Positions 38,846-52,229 of a stretch of DNA of 64,000 nt are shown here, in pieces. The stretch is from the human T2T-CHM13v2.0 reference genome, Homo sapiens. The stretch lies in the NCBI RefSeq assembly GCF_009914755.1, contig NC_060932.1. One strand, written 5' to 3'. The translations under genes and the position numbers were made by a program. The notes beneath the pieces are model-generated. The model searched no databases. It had not been told where the DNA came from and worked only from the letters and a program-made list of their open reading frames with translations. How positions within the stretch are numbered: position 1 is the first letter of the stretch; every line of letters starts with the position of its first letter.

Positions 38846-39944
38846 AGCTACAAATTATTTAAACAAACTTCTAACTGGTTTCCACCAGTCCCCTGCATAC
38901 AGCTTTGCCCCTCTCGAAACCATACATCTCAGAGGTGATAGAGCAATCTTTATAAAGCAAACATCCAGCATTTCCTTCCTTTCCTTAAGCCCTGCTATTC
39001 TCTCTAGAGTCAAGGAATCATGTAGCTCCCCATTCTCACTCACTGGTCTTTACTCTTTGAATTTCACTTCTTGTCTTCTTGGTGTATTTGGGTACCCACA
39101 GGACACCGGGACACTTAGAGCATATTCGTTCTTTTACATAAGATTCTTTTTCCTGACTGAAATCTCCTCTTCACTCTGGTTATTCTTGGAGAACTGCTAG
39201 ATGTTTACCACCTCCGTGAAGTTTTCTCCAACCAGACAGCCAAGTAGTATTGACTACTCCTTTCCTTGTATCCCCAGCTTTATTAGACCTTTCATTTCCT
39301 AATTGCCAGTCACATATTTGTCTTCCCTCAAAAAGATGGCACATTCCAGAGGGGCATGGTATACGTAGGAATGGTAGTCAGGTAGATAGGAGTGGAGGAG
39401 GGAGGCAGGAACCATAATGATGAGTGTGCCCTTGTGAGGGTGAATGAATGCTCTGGGTGAGAGGACTGGAAAGATGGTTGGACAAGTTTGCATCAGAAAT
39501 GGTGGCATTTTTAATCCAGGGCAAATGCAGGGCACTCTACATCTGTCAGGTCACCTGCAGCAGCAGCAACTGAGACTGAGTCCCGAAATAGACTGCACAC
39601 CAGGCGAAAGTGTGTGTGCCAGTGCTCCCTTCGCCGAATACTGGCACATGGCCCAGCATCAGGCACATATCCAAATTAGGCTTGAATTCCCTCCGTAAGC
39701 AAACAGCAGGACAAGGAACAGAAGTGCTTGCTAAGTTTGAGTGGATCAATGCTTTTTGTGCTAGAGATGGCCTAAAGCAGCTCTAGGATTCAGCCAGGTC
39801 CCCTTGCTGAATCAGTTGGGGGCTCAGTGGTAGTGCTGCATGTGTGTGACTGGAGTTCTGCCTCTGACTTTAGAGAACTGTTTATTTATATCCCCTAATA
39901 TCCATCTGGATTCTGGATAGTTTGAAGTATAAAATAGAAGTGAA

Positions 39945-40385
39945 GGGCATGGTAGAAAGAGCCCAGGCTTTGCATTTTGATGGAGGTGGGTTTTTCTTTC
40001 TGAGTAACCATGACGAAGCCACTTAACTTTCTGAGACTCAGTTTACTATTCTATGAAATGGAAATAATTATGGTACCTGGGTTATAGGTGATACTGTAAT
40101 GTATCCCTGTGTTTAGCGCTTAACATAGAGCAGGTTCTCAACTGGGGGCAATTTTGTCCTCTAAAGGACATTTGCCAATTACTAGCATTTTTTATTTTCA
40201 CAACTAGGAAATGTTATGGCATCTAGCAGATAGAGGCCAGGGTTGCTGCTGAATATCCTAAAATGCACAGGACAACTCCTCACAACAAAGAATTACCTGA
40301 CCCCAAATGTCAACAATGCTGATGTTGAGAAAATCTGCCTTGGAGTAAGCTTGGCCATCTGGAGGCACTAAAAAGTGTAGCTATT
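39945..40385 (+). mobile_element. MIR split by MER20
   Basis: CACTTAACTTTCTGAGACTCAGTTTACTATTCTATGAAATGG; 3' end AGGCACTAAAAAGTGTAGCTATT lies after the MER20. Confidence 0.75.
40131..40337 (+). mobile_element. MER20 (hAT-Charlie MITE)
   Basis: CAGGTTCTCAACTGGGGGCAATTTTG...GGCATCTAGCAGATAGAGGCCAGGG...CACAACAAAGAATTACCTGACCCCAAATGTCAAC...GTTGAGAAAATCTG. Confidence 0.93.
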
Positions 40386-40453
40386 AAAATATAATTATAA
40401 TATCTTTCCCACTTACATGTACTGAGTATATATTTAGAAAATCTGGAAGAAGC

Positions 40454-40993
40454 TATGGTGCATTAAGAATGACTATAATTTCTTTGGCACTCCACCCATT
40501 AAGAGGTGGGGTCTCTGTTGTCTGTCCTTGAACCCAGACAGGCTCTGCAATTGCTCTGAACAACAACAACAATATGACAGAAGTGATGCCATGCTAGCTT
40601 ATAAAACTAGCAGTTTCCTCTTTCTGCCTTTTGGAACACCTTCTTTGGGAATCTCAAGCTAGCATGTCTGAAGTCTGACTTCCTAAGAGCACCATGCTGG
40701 AGAATTCAATTGTCAGCGAACCCATTGACAGTCCCAGCTGACTCCAGCCTTCCAGCCACCTCAGCCAAGTCACAGCCATGTAAATAAACCTCTTGGACTC
40801 TCCACAGCAGTCCATCCAACAACTGAATACCACTGGTGAAGTATTGTAGTCAACATCCCACTGAGAAGAATTGCCCAGTTGACTCTTGCCTGCATTGCTG
40901 CTCCAAAATATTGGAATATATAATAAAATGGTTATTATTTTAAGCTATAATGCATTGGAGATAATTTGTTTTGCACCAATACATGACCAAACA
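40454..40993 (+). mobile_element. MLT1G-like solo LTR
   Basis: TCTTTGGCACTCCACCCATTAAGAGGTGGGGTCT...AATAAAATGGTTATTATTTTAAGC...CCAAACA; 5-bp TSD GAAGC/GAAGT. Confidence 0.88.
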
Positions 40994-41160
40994 GAAGTAA
41001 CAGATGTCCTCAGGTAATTTATGATGTCTTGAAAAGACCTCATAACTAAAAAAGAGAAAAATGAAAAACCAAATATTTGTATTTAAAAAATGTTAAGATA
41101 CATTCATTAAATGGAAACTAATACAGAGTTCTTGAAGTTTACTGAATTGGAATCACGGAA

Positions 41161-41228
41161 GCAGATTTTCTCAACATCAGCATTGTTGACATTTGGGGTC
41201 AGGTAATTCTTTGTTGTGAGGAGTTGTC
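41161..41228 (-). repeat. Exact inverted copy of 40271-40338 (MER20 3' end)
   Basis: 68/68 identity to the reverse complement, compared base by base. Confidence 0.97.
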
Positions 41229-41410
41229 TTACTCTTTAAAAGACTTTGGGCAAGCTTCTTAACCTCTAGAACATTAGCATCTCTAACTGTACCTGTTGAT
41301 AATAATATCTGCTACATGAAGTTATTCTGAAAGTTCCACTGGAAAATAGATATAGAAAAGTTCCTAATGCAAGTATTAGCACAAAATTAGTACTTGTTAA
41401 ATGTTTGCTA
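41229..41410 (+). mobile_element. MIR (5' part disrupted by the inverted copy)
   Basis: GACTTTGGGCAAGCTTCTTAACCTCT...CATCTCTAACTG...GATAATAATATCTGC. Confidence 0.7.
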
Positions 41411-42201
41411 AATTTAAATAACTTTAGAAGTTAGTAAGTAAAGGATTAGCAAGAATTTTTGTTATGGGGGAAAACACACAGGAGGTGTAAACCTTGAGCT
41501 AAATTATAAATTGTTATAATTTCAAACTGTTTCTTGCCTTGAAATAGGCAACATTTTAATTTGCAGTTGTTTGTACATGAAGAAAAGCTACAGTTCTGTC
41601 TGGTGAGTGGCCTCAGGTGACTATCCTAAGAATACATTTGTGTATGGGTTAGGGGCATTCTGAAATATAATTCTATCTATGGACATACAGGGCTTCAGTC
41701 AGAGAGAGAAATAAAGACCTGGTAACTGGGTATACAATGGAAGCCAAATTTCAATGATAAACTGTTGATCACTCAGAAAAAAATCCTTCAGTGCTTAAGG
41801 GGCAAAACTAGCAAAATGGATTTAGCAGCTCAATGCAAACATTAGAGGGAGTGGGAGTCTTGGTGCTGTTTCAGTGCAGTGACTATAATATTTAAACAAC
41901 CAGGTTGGAAAGGTACTTGCATATGGGAAGAAAATGGTTTCAAATCACTCTGAAGGTCTGAGCAATCCTGTTGTGGGACCTTCTTTGAAAAGAAAATCAT
42001 GGGAGCAAAAAGTATTTCCTTACAAGAGAAGAAAGAGCACAACATTGTCTGAGCAGCAGTAGCTCTGGAGTGAGCCAATGCAAGAGGCTGGGTCTGCAAA
42101 GAGCACTGAAAGCATTGACCTCCCCAGATGCATTAGAAAGGGCCCAAGGCAGCATGGAAATTGATGTTGGTGACTCTTGAGCCAAAGACCTAGGGAGAGC
42201 A

Positions 42202-44082
42202 CTAAGCAAAAAGAACAAAGCTAGAGGCATCATTTTACCCAACTTTACACTATGCTGTAAGGCTACAGTAAGCAAAACAGCATAGTACTGGTACAAAAAC
42301 AGACACAAAGACCAATGGAACAGAATAGAGAACAAAAAATAAATGCATACACCTATATCCATCTGATCTTTGCAAAGTCAACAAAAATAAGCAATGGAGA
42401 AAGGACTCCCTATTCAATAAATGGTGCTGGAATAGCTGGCTAGCCAAATGTAGAAGAATGAAACCGAACCCCTATTTTTCACCATATACAAAAATGAACT
42501 CAAGACAGAATAAAGATTTAAATGTAAGACCTCCAGCTACAACAATCCTAGAAAACACCTAGGAAATACTATTCTGGACATTAGTGTTGGGAAAAAATTT
42601 ATGGCTAAGTTCTGAAAAACAATTGCAACAGAAACAAAAATTGACAAGTGTGGCCTAATTAAACTGAAGAGTTTTGCACAGTAAAATAAATTATCAACAT
42701 AGTAAACAGACAACTTACAGTATGGGAAAAATATTCTCAACCTACATATCAGAAAAAAGTTTAATATCAGAATCTATAAGGAACTTTAAAAATTCAACAA
42801 GCAAAAAACATATAACCCCATTAAAAATGGGCAAAAGACATGAACAGACACCTCTCGAAAGAAACATACAAGTGAGCAACAAACAAATGAAAATATGTTC
42901 CACATCACTAATCATCAGAGAAATGAAAATCAAATCACAATGACATATTATCTCCCAGTAGTCAGGATGGCTATTATTAAAAAGTCAAAAACAACAGAAG
43001 CTGATGAGGCTGTAGAGAAAAGGAAATGCTTATACATTGTTGGTGGGAATGTAAACTACTTCAGCCACTGTGGAAAGCAGTTTTGGGATTTCTTATAGAA
43101 CTTAAAACAGAACTGCCATTTGACATAGCAATCCCATTACTAGGTATATATCCAAAAGAAAATAAATTGTTCTACCAAAATAAAACAAAAAACATATGCA
43201 CTGTGTGTTGATCACAGCACTGTTTAAAATAGCAAGGACATGGAATCAACTTTGGTGCCCATCAGTGGTGGACTGCATAAAGTAAATGTGATATATATAT
43301 ATACACCATGGAATACTGTGAAGAGAAAAAATTATACAATCATACTTTACAGCAAAATGGATGCAGCTGGTAGCCATCATTTGAAGTGGATTAACCCAGG
43401 AACAGAAAACCAAGTACCACATGATGTAGTTTGGATATTTGTCCCCTTCAAGTCTCATGTAAAAATCTGATCCTCAGTGTTGGAGGTGTGCCATGGTGGG
43501 AAGCGTTTGGGTCATAAAGCTGGATTCCTCACAAATAAGATATTTCCCTCCCCATGGTAATTAATAAGTACTCACTAGTGTGGTTGTTTTAAAAGAGGTA
43601 CACCCCCTTCCACCTCTTGCTCCTTCTCCCGCCATGTGATATGCTTAGTCCCCCTTTGCCTTCCACCATGATTGTGAGCTTCCTAAGGCCCCCACCAGAA
43701 GCAGATGCTGGTGCCATGTTTCCTATACAGCAGACCCATGAGCAAAACCGTGAGTAGAACCATGAGCAAAAATAAATGTCTTTTCTTTGTAAATTACTTA
43801 GTCTCTGGTATTCCTTTATAGCAACACAAAACTGCCTAACAGAGAGCATGTTCTCACTTCTAAGTAGGAGTTAAACATTAGGTATTCATGGACATAAAGA
43901 TGGCAACAGTAGATGCTGGAGACTACTAAAAGAAGGAGGGAGGGAGGGGGACACAGGTTGAAAAACTAACTATTAGGTACTATGCTCACTACATAGGTGA
44001 TTGGATCATTCATACCCTAAACCTCAGCATCACACTATGTACCCCCTAAATCTAAAATAAAAGTTGAAATTATTTAAAAAAA
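42202..44082 (+). mobile_element. 5'-truncated L1 (L1PB/L1MA-like): degraded ORF2 C-terminus plus 3' UTR
   Basis: CTAAGCAAAAAGAACAAAGCTAGAGGCATC...CCTATTCAATAAATGGTGCTGG...GCAATCCCATTACTAGGTATAT...CTAAAATAAAAGTTGAAAT; multiple stops and frameshifts. Confidence 0.96.
43422..43843 (+). mobile_element. MST (MSTB-like) MaLR solo LTR nested in the L1
   Basis: TGATGTAGTTTGGATATTTGTCCCC...CCAGAAGCAGATGCTGGTGCCATG...GGTATTCCTTTATAGCAACACAAA; splits the L1 motif TACC(G)CA|TGTTCTCAC. Confidence 0.93.
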
Positions 44083-45059
44083 TAGAGGAAATGAAAAGCA
44101 GAACACATACCAATGAAACCATGGCTAGAAAAGAGGTGGGCTTTGCCTCTACTTGATTACACATCCTGGTACATGCCTTCCTCCACAGAGGTGAGCCTAA
44201 TTCCATGCCTTCCCTGGCTGTGTCTGCATTTCAAGTTCTGCCGTCAACTTCTTCTAGCATGCAGCGCTCATCTTTGTTTTGCTACAAAAAAGTTTCCCCT
44301 GGATTTTCTTACCATTTCTTTTCCCTAGTTGAATAAGAGCAGGGTAATTTGAAGATAAAAATCTAGGACTTTTAATAAATGCACAAATTTATAAGTATCA
44401 AATCTTAGAGCTATGATTTAACAACTTTGTCACTTTGGGAAAGTCAACAAAACTTTCTGAACCTTGCTTTATTCATCTGTGAAATAGAGATAGTAAGTCT
44501 TTTCCACAGCTATGTTGAGGAAACAGACATTAAAATACTCTGCAATATTATTTAGAGAGTCTTTGGATGAATATTTTCTTATCTACTGCCCAGTCTAACC
44601 TAGAAAGGTCAGATTAAGAACTCAGCATCATAGAAGTCAGAATTATTAATTATACTTGAACTTATACCCCTTTAAAGGTTTATGTCAGGTTATTTTTGGG
44701 CTGAGAAATTCCAAGATATTGGGGAACATGAATATGAGCCATGGTGATTTGGAACTGTGTGGTCTTTCTCAGTAACTACCAAGGGACCAAAGGAAGACAG
44801 AAAATAAGGGTACAGGAAGCTCTTTACCTCTTTTCAGAGTGTTCACAATCATTATATGATTTGAGCCTTAAATTTATTCTGAAGCAGGAACAGGAGAGAT
44901 TACTATTGTTTCCCCAGTTTACAGGTGAAGGCAGTGAGCCAGAGAGAGTCTAAGTTTAATACCTGCTTAATATACAAGCTTTGGGGCATGAAAACACTTG
45001 CCAGAATGTGGTCCACCTGTCTTTGTTCTCCTGAATACGTAAGTACAGGTCAAAAGGAA

Positions 45060-45290
45060 GGGGCTAACATCTTCTAAAACGACAAATATGCCCATGGAAA
45101 TAAAAATGTTTCCGTTTAATCCTTATAACGACCCTTCAAAAAGCCATTATCATCTCCATTTTATTGACCATAAAAACTAAGGCTCGGTGAGGCTAAGGTA
45201 ATTTACAACCCACCACCGCTATGCAGCAAGAATGTGGCAAAACTTGAATTCGAACTCAGCTCTTCTGTTCAAAGCCTATGCTCCTTTTCC
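45060..45290 (-). mobile_element. MIR
   Basis: TTTAATCCTTATAACGACCC...ATTATCATCTCCATTTTA...AAACTAAGGCTCGGTGAGG. Confidence 0.75.
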
Positions 45291-45621
45291 CCAGTGGGCC
45301 TCCTATATGTCCAGTATTTCATGCCAACAGGGTACTATTGCATATCTAAAACAACCTTCTGAATTTTTTTTTCTCTAATAAAATGACAAGGCCCTCAGCA
45401 GAAAGATATTTCAATGGCAAATGGTAAATCTCACACCCGCTGGCATTTCTCTTTGCTCTGTTAATTTAGTTCTTGAGGGGGAAAAAAAAAAGAAGGTTAC
45501 AATCAGCGATTTTACCACAAGAGTGGAACTGACACCCTTAGCCAGCTGTGACCGAGTGATCCATTATTCATGGAGCACGCTGGCTCCATTCCTCACCTGC
45601 CCGTCACTGCCTTGCATTTCT

Positions 45622-45667
45622 ATCCATCCTTTAGGAATGTTTTCATCCATCCTTTAGGAATGTTTTC
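45622..45667 (+). repeat. Perfect 23-bp tandem duplication
   Basis: ATCCATCCTTTAGGAATGTTTTC x2. Confidence 0.97.
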
Positions 45668-47039
45668 AGATCGCTACCACACAGAGGAAGCCCGTCAGTC
45701 TTGTTATGCCTAACAGGCATCCCTTGTCTCACTCTAGTTAGCTCAGAAGGAAGCAAATCTTGTCAATTTCAATGTCATATAAAAGATCTTTTCATTGTGG
45801 TTGTCATTAACTGAAGACGTTTCTCACTGTAACCCAAAACTGAAGTATTCTATGTGATTTTAGGCAACTTGGAAGCAAGTAACAGTTAAAAAAGAAGCCC
45901 TAGCAAGGGAGCCAGTAGTTCTAAATTTCAACTGTTGTGGCTGAGGTGATGTTTGATTATGGCACCCATGTGAGGACCACAGGGAGGGGAACTCAGTCAA
46001 GAAGAATAGACTAAATCATATTAAATATAGTGTTGTTTCTTTTTTGCCTAAAGCCATGGAGATTGACAAAATCTCTGTCAGCAGTGAGAAAGACTTCATT
46101 TTGTAGGTTGAAGCAAAAAATATAACATTTACTGAGTATTATTTTTGTAAGGTTCTAATTTGGGGCATTCCCCAGGTCCTATCCTCCTTAATCCACCAAC
46201 AATTCTTTGCTAAAGAGGAGGTTACTGGAAAATAGATAAGTGAAGTAATTTGATTAAGGTTCTACAACTAATAAATGGGAGAGTTTTGAATCTATACCAA
46301 AACTTGCAACTCGAAGTCCAGTTCTCTTTTTACTACACATATGGTGTTCATGGACAGTCTCAGAAACTTAACAGCAAACATGACACAGAAAAGTATTAGC
46401 AGAGTTTGTTGGACCAAAGAGGGAGGACAATAACACCCTGGGCATTTATAGGAGTTCAAGTCAATGTTATTAGTAATTAAAAATAGCAAGAGCTGGGATA
46501 ATAAAAACAAAGACAGTTGAGTTCAAGGTATATGACCTTTGAGCTGAATGACTGAGTGCTGGCTGACTGCAGAGGGGCTGCCTAAGAACTCTTTGTAGTA
46601 AGCTCTCATAGAAGGAAGTGGTCCTAGATTTGTATATAGATATGAGCTGAGACTAGTGTGGATGGAGAAAGCAGAGGACAGAACCAGGCAACAACAGGAG
46701 GAGGATCTAGAGCAGGAATTAAAAGAGAATCTACCTCAATAAATGCTGGCTGAAAATTTCTGTAATGCCAAGTGAGGAGGGAGTGAGGGAGCTAATAATG
46801 TATTTGGACTTGATTTACACATTTAATAGCTCGTTCTTCAGCGCTAAATTTATGACAGATTGTGAAGCTACCAAACAAACAACCCAAAAGGTTTTGTCCT
46901 TACTGCATACAAAATACAGGTGTATATCTGAGCTCATGTAAATATTTGGGTTTCATTTTTTTATATAACATTATATAACTTTACATATATATATATGCTT
47001 ATACATATATAGAGATATGTGTAAACATTATAGAATTAA

Positions 47040-47093
<54 letters not shown>
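47040..47093 (+). repeat. Compound (TC)n(TG)n microsatellite
   Basis: About 16 TC units directly followed by about 7 TG units. Confidence 0.96.
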
Positions 47094-47544
47094 TTATGTG
47101 GTGGTGGGGATGGTAGGGATGGTGGAGTTATGATTTTTTTCAACCAACCCTTCTGTTAGGTTTTTTAAACCCTAAGTAAGAGAATCCAAGATACTACTAA
47201 AAAGTAGAATCTCTGTCAAGCGGATTCAACTATCATTTTAATTTACCTTTTTGATGACTAGAGTGGATCAGTAGTCATCTGTCTCTAAGGACAGTTCTTA
47301 TTTGAATATGGAAGCCCTTACATGGTCATTTGAGATAGCAGTCATCAACCATCAGAGGCTGTTTGGTTCAGCTGGTTAAACATTAATGTTGAAGCCAGAT
47401 TGGAGGTTTCAGGATCTGGGTGGGTCTGTAGCTCTATCACTTGTTTGATAAGAACAGCAGGGTTCAGGGTAAAGGAATGGAGATGGATACCAACAATAAT
47501 TGATTTTGGTCTTGATAGACAGCAAAACAATGTGACACAGAAAG

Positions 47545-47770
47545 TTTCAAAGCTCTGGAATCAGATTATTATGGTTTCAAGCATGGTTCAGCTGTCTACT
47601 CATTTAGCATCTTTAATAAATTAATTAATCTTTCTGAGCCTAGTATTCTAATTAATGGTGTGTTAATAATAATATTATCTTTTAACATGGTGGTCGAGAG
47701 TAAAGTAGCTTACATATATGTGAAACACGTAACACATTATCTCACCCATAAGAGGCAATTAATAATTGGC
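47545..47770 (+). mobile_element. MIR
   Basis: AGCTCTGGAATCAGA...GGTTCAGCTGTCTACT...TAATCTTTCTGAGCCT. Confidence 0.7.
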
Positions 47771-48142
47771 ATTTATGCACATCTTTCTTTATCCACCCTC
47801 TATCTATCTACCAACCTATCTATCACTCTATCTCACCGCTAAGAGTAGTTGGTTAAGTTTAAACTACTGTATTTTCCAGATAATCTCAAAGCAAAGAACA
47901 AGTCTCTAGTTCACACATTAACTTTAAGATTATTGATTCATAAAGTTTGACAAATATAGGTGCAAGTAAATGGTTATTAGACAAAATTATATACAATTTT
48001 GAGGATTTATTTAGTATTTTAAAATTAAACATAGAATTTCCATAGTGTGTATTATTAAAAACATATTTTAAATTAACACAATCAATAAAAGCATTAAGAA
48101 TTGTATGCACTTTCTAGATTCTTTACTATTTTAAGAATCTGT

Positions 48143-48479
<337 letters not shown>

Positions 48480-48618
48480 TTAACATATAGTTAACATATA
48501 GATAACTGCTTATTGATCTCTCAAGAGTTTGATTATTAGACTCATTAAATGATGTCTGAAAAAAGAATACTATTGTTAATTGTGATCATGATAAAATGTG
48601 CCAAAAGTATATAAAATG

Positions 48619-48943
48619 TTTGGGTTTGGTGGCTCACACCTGTAATTCCAGCCCTTTAGTGGGCAGAGGCAGGAAGATTCTTGAGGCCAGCGGTTTGAGA
48701 CCAGCCTGGGCAACATAGTGAGACCCTGTGTCTACAAACAAACAAACAAAAACATAGCCACGTACAGTGGTAAAAACAAAGTGGTAAATGCTTATAGCCC
48801 TACCTAATTGTGTGGCTAAGTTGGCAGGATCATTTGAGGCAAGGAGTTTGAGCCTGCAGTGAGTTTGGATCATGTCACTGCACTCCAGCCTGTGTGACAG
48901 TAGGAGATTCTATCTCTAAAAAAATAAAAATAAAAATAAATTT
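48619..48943 (+). mobile_element. AluJ-like
   Basis: GGCAACATAGTGAGACCCTG and GGAGTTTGAGCCTGCAGTGAG (J-type); TSD AAAAGTATATAAAATG/AAAAGTATGTAAAATG. Confidence 0.93.
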
Positions 48944-49532
48944 AAAAGTATGTAAAATGAATTAAATTATTAGTAAAAACTACGGAGGACAGTTGGAATG
49001 CCATGTATAGCTGGTTGTAATTGTTTGTTATTGACCAGCCTTATTTCTATACTCTATTGTACTCATGATCTATATCCCATGGTAAAGCTATCACACACAT
49101 TCACATGATCACATATTCCTCTCTGGTTATATCTCTCTATTTTTGCATATCTGTACATTCAGCTTATTTAGCAGCATGTTGAATAATCTATTTTGTTTAT
49201 TCTTTTGTTTGTTCTTTCTTTTTTTTGTTCAATTTCTATTGGGAGTTCAATATATTATAGATATTTCATTAGGTTCTATGGACACAATGTAAACTGAGAC
49301 ATAATCTTCATTTTAAAGAAGTTAGTGATGCAGTATACATAGATGAGGAGGCTTTATAAACATGCAGACAATTATAATATGGCTTTTCACAGACAATAAT
49401 AATGTGCCATAGATTGTTTTGGAGGGCCAGTTAACCCAGACCTGAAGTCTGAGAAAGCTTCCTGGAGGACATGACCCTTAAGCCAAAATATTTTAGATAA
49501 AATAGGTCATTCCCAGATGAAATTGAGTATTA

Positions 49533-51404
49533 ACATTTTAGAATACAAAACCAATGTACAAAAATCCCTAGCATTCCTATACACCCACAATAGTCGAGCT
49601 GAGAGCCATATCAGGAAGGTAATCCCATTCACGATTGCCACAAAAAGAATAAAACACCTAGGAATGCAGCTAACCAGAAAGGTTAAAGATCTCTATAATG
49701 AGAAGTATAAATAGCTGCTCAAAGAAATCAGAGAGAAGACACAAACAAATGGAACAGCATTTCATCTTCATGGATAGAAATAATCAATATTGTTAAAATA
49801 GCCATACTGCCCAAAGGAATTTTTAGATTCACTGCTATTTCTATCAAACTACTATTTCTATTCTTCACAGAACTAGAAAAAAACTATTTTAAAATTCGTA
49901 TGGAACTAAAAAGAAGTCCAAATAGCCTAAGCAATCCTAAGGAAAAAGAACAAAGCTGAAGGCATCACACTACCTGACTTCAAACTATACTACAGGGTGA
50001 CAATAACCAAAACAGCATGGTACTGGTACAAAAACAGACACATACATTAATGGAACAGAATAGAGAGCCCAGAAATAAAACTGCACACCTACATCATCTA
50101 ATATTCAACAAAACTGACAAAAACAAGCAATGGGAAAAGGACTTCCTATTCAATAAACAGTGGTGGGATAACTGGCTAGCAATATGGAAAACATTGAAAC
50201 TGGACCCCTTCATTACACCGCATACAAAAATCAAGTCAAGATGAAGACTTAAATGTAAAACCCAAAAGTATAAAAACCCTGGAAGACCACCTAGGCAATA
50301 TTACTGTGGACATAGGCATGGGCAAAGATTTCATGAGAAAGGCTTCAAAAGCAATTGCAACAAAAACAAAAATTGACAAAAGAGATCTAATTAAATGAAA
50401 GAACTTCTTCACAGCAAAAGAAACTATCAACAGAGAAAACAGATAACCTACATAATGGGAGAAAATGTTTACAAACTATGCATCTGACAAAAAATTACCA
50501 AAGCACCTATAAATAACTTAAACAAACTCATTAAAAAACACAAACAACACCATTAAAAAGGGGACAAAAGATATAAACAGACACTTTTCAAAAGAAGACA
50601 TACCTGTGGCCAACAAGCATATTAAAAAAACGCTCAACATCATTGATCATTATAGAAATGCAAATCAAAACCATAATCGGATATCATTTTACACCAGTCA
50701 GAATGGCTGTTATTAAGAAGTCAAAAAATAACAGGTGCTAGAGATGTGAAGAAAAAGAAACACGTATACACTGTTAGTGATAGTGTAAATTAGTTCAACT
50801 ATTGTAGAAAACATTGTAGCAATTCTTCAAAGACTTAAAAACAGAAATACCATTCTACCCAGTAATCCCATTACTGGATATATACCCAAATGAATATAAA
50901 TCATTCTGTCATAAAGACACATGTAGGCCTGTGTTCACTGCAGCACTATTCAGAACAGCAAAGAAACGGAATCAACCTAAATGCCTATCAATGGTAAACT
51001 GGATAAAGAAAATTTGGTGCATATACACCATGGACTACTATGCAGCCATAAAAAATAATGAGATCATGTTTTTTTCAGGAACATGGTTGGAGCTAGAGGC
51101 CATTATCCTTAGCAAACTAACACAATAACAAAAAACCAAATAGTGAATGTTCTCACTTAAAAGTGGAAACTAAATAATGGGAACATATGGACACACAGAG
51201 GAGAACAAGAGACATGGGGACCTACTGGAGGATGGAGGCTGGGAGGAGAGAGACTCTCAGAAAAAATAACTAATGGGTACTAGATCTAATACCTGAGCGA
51301 CGAAATAATTTGTACAACAAACCCCCATGACATAAGGTTACCTATATAACAAAACTACACACAAGCCGCTGAACTCAAAATAAAAGTTAAAAAAATTAAA
51401 AAAA
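49533..51404 (+). mobile_element. 5'-truncated L1 (old L1PA, about PA13-16) inserted into an L2
   Basis: ATACAAAACCAATGTACAAAAATC...; ORF2 remnant peptides (YKTNVQKSLAFLY, KIWCIYTMDYYAAIK); 3' end TGTACAACAAACCCCCATGACA...AAAATAAAAGTTAAAAAAA; L2 motifs continue on both flanks. Confidence 0.96.
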
Positions 51405-52229
51405 TTCTAAATGGAGGGAATAGCATATTCAAATGCTGTGAAACGAAGAATGAGCAATATTTTGAAGAACAAAAGGTAGTCTAGCATAGGAGTATTAGAC
51501 ACCGTGGTGTAAAAATGAATAATAAAATTATATCTCTTGAGGAACATTTCATCTGTGATGAAAGAGAGGAATGTATCAGAGGATCAGAGGAAAAATGTGT
51601 TAAGTGATACGTATTAATGTGTGCAAAGTCCTAAGGAGGTAAAGCGAGAGTGACTCGGTTTGCCTGGCAGTCAAGGAAGGCGTCACACAGGAGGTAACTT
51701 CTCTCTTCTGCTTGATCATAAGTACCCTGAAGGCAGAGATCTTGTCTTACATTTTTTTTATTATCCATTTTGCCTAGCATAGTAGCAGGTACCCAAGGAG
51801 TGTTGGATAAATTCCTGATTTAATGTTATTTGTTGCAATGACCCCTGGGAGGCTGGAGCAGAGGCTGGTAGCATAGAATGTTGGGTGTGGCTGTGACACG
51901 CCAGGTTAGCATGAGGGTGCAGCCCATGCCACGTGGCTGTGGCTCTTGTCCTGGGGATGCATAATTTCTATCAACTCACTTTTATATTCATTCATTGACA
52001 TTGACCACCTCAGTGTTGTGCACTGATTCCATGCTGGTGAATATAAAGACTAATGGCTCATGCCCTTGCCCTTGGCAAGCATGAAGTTGGGAGACAGAGA
52101 TGTAAACATATTATTACATCAGTGTGACATGAGAAATACCCTGACAGAGCACAAGATACTACAAAGTGAAGAAGAAGTGATGTTTTTTGGTGGTTGAGGT
52201 TATTAAGGTGTGAGCAGACCTCGTCCTTG

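Noticed and set aside
42537-43470. Cluster of ORFs, likewise 49517-51128
   Set aside because: Frameshifted L1 ORF2 remnants; no intact reverse transcriptase or endonuclease
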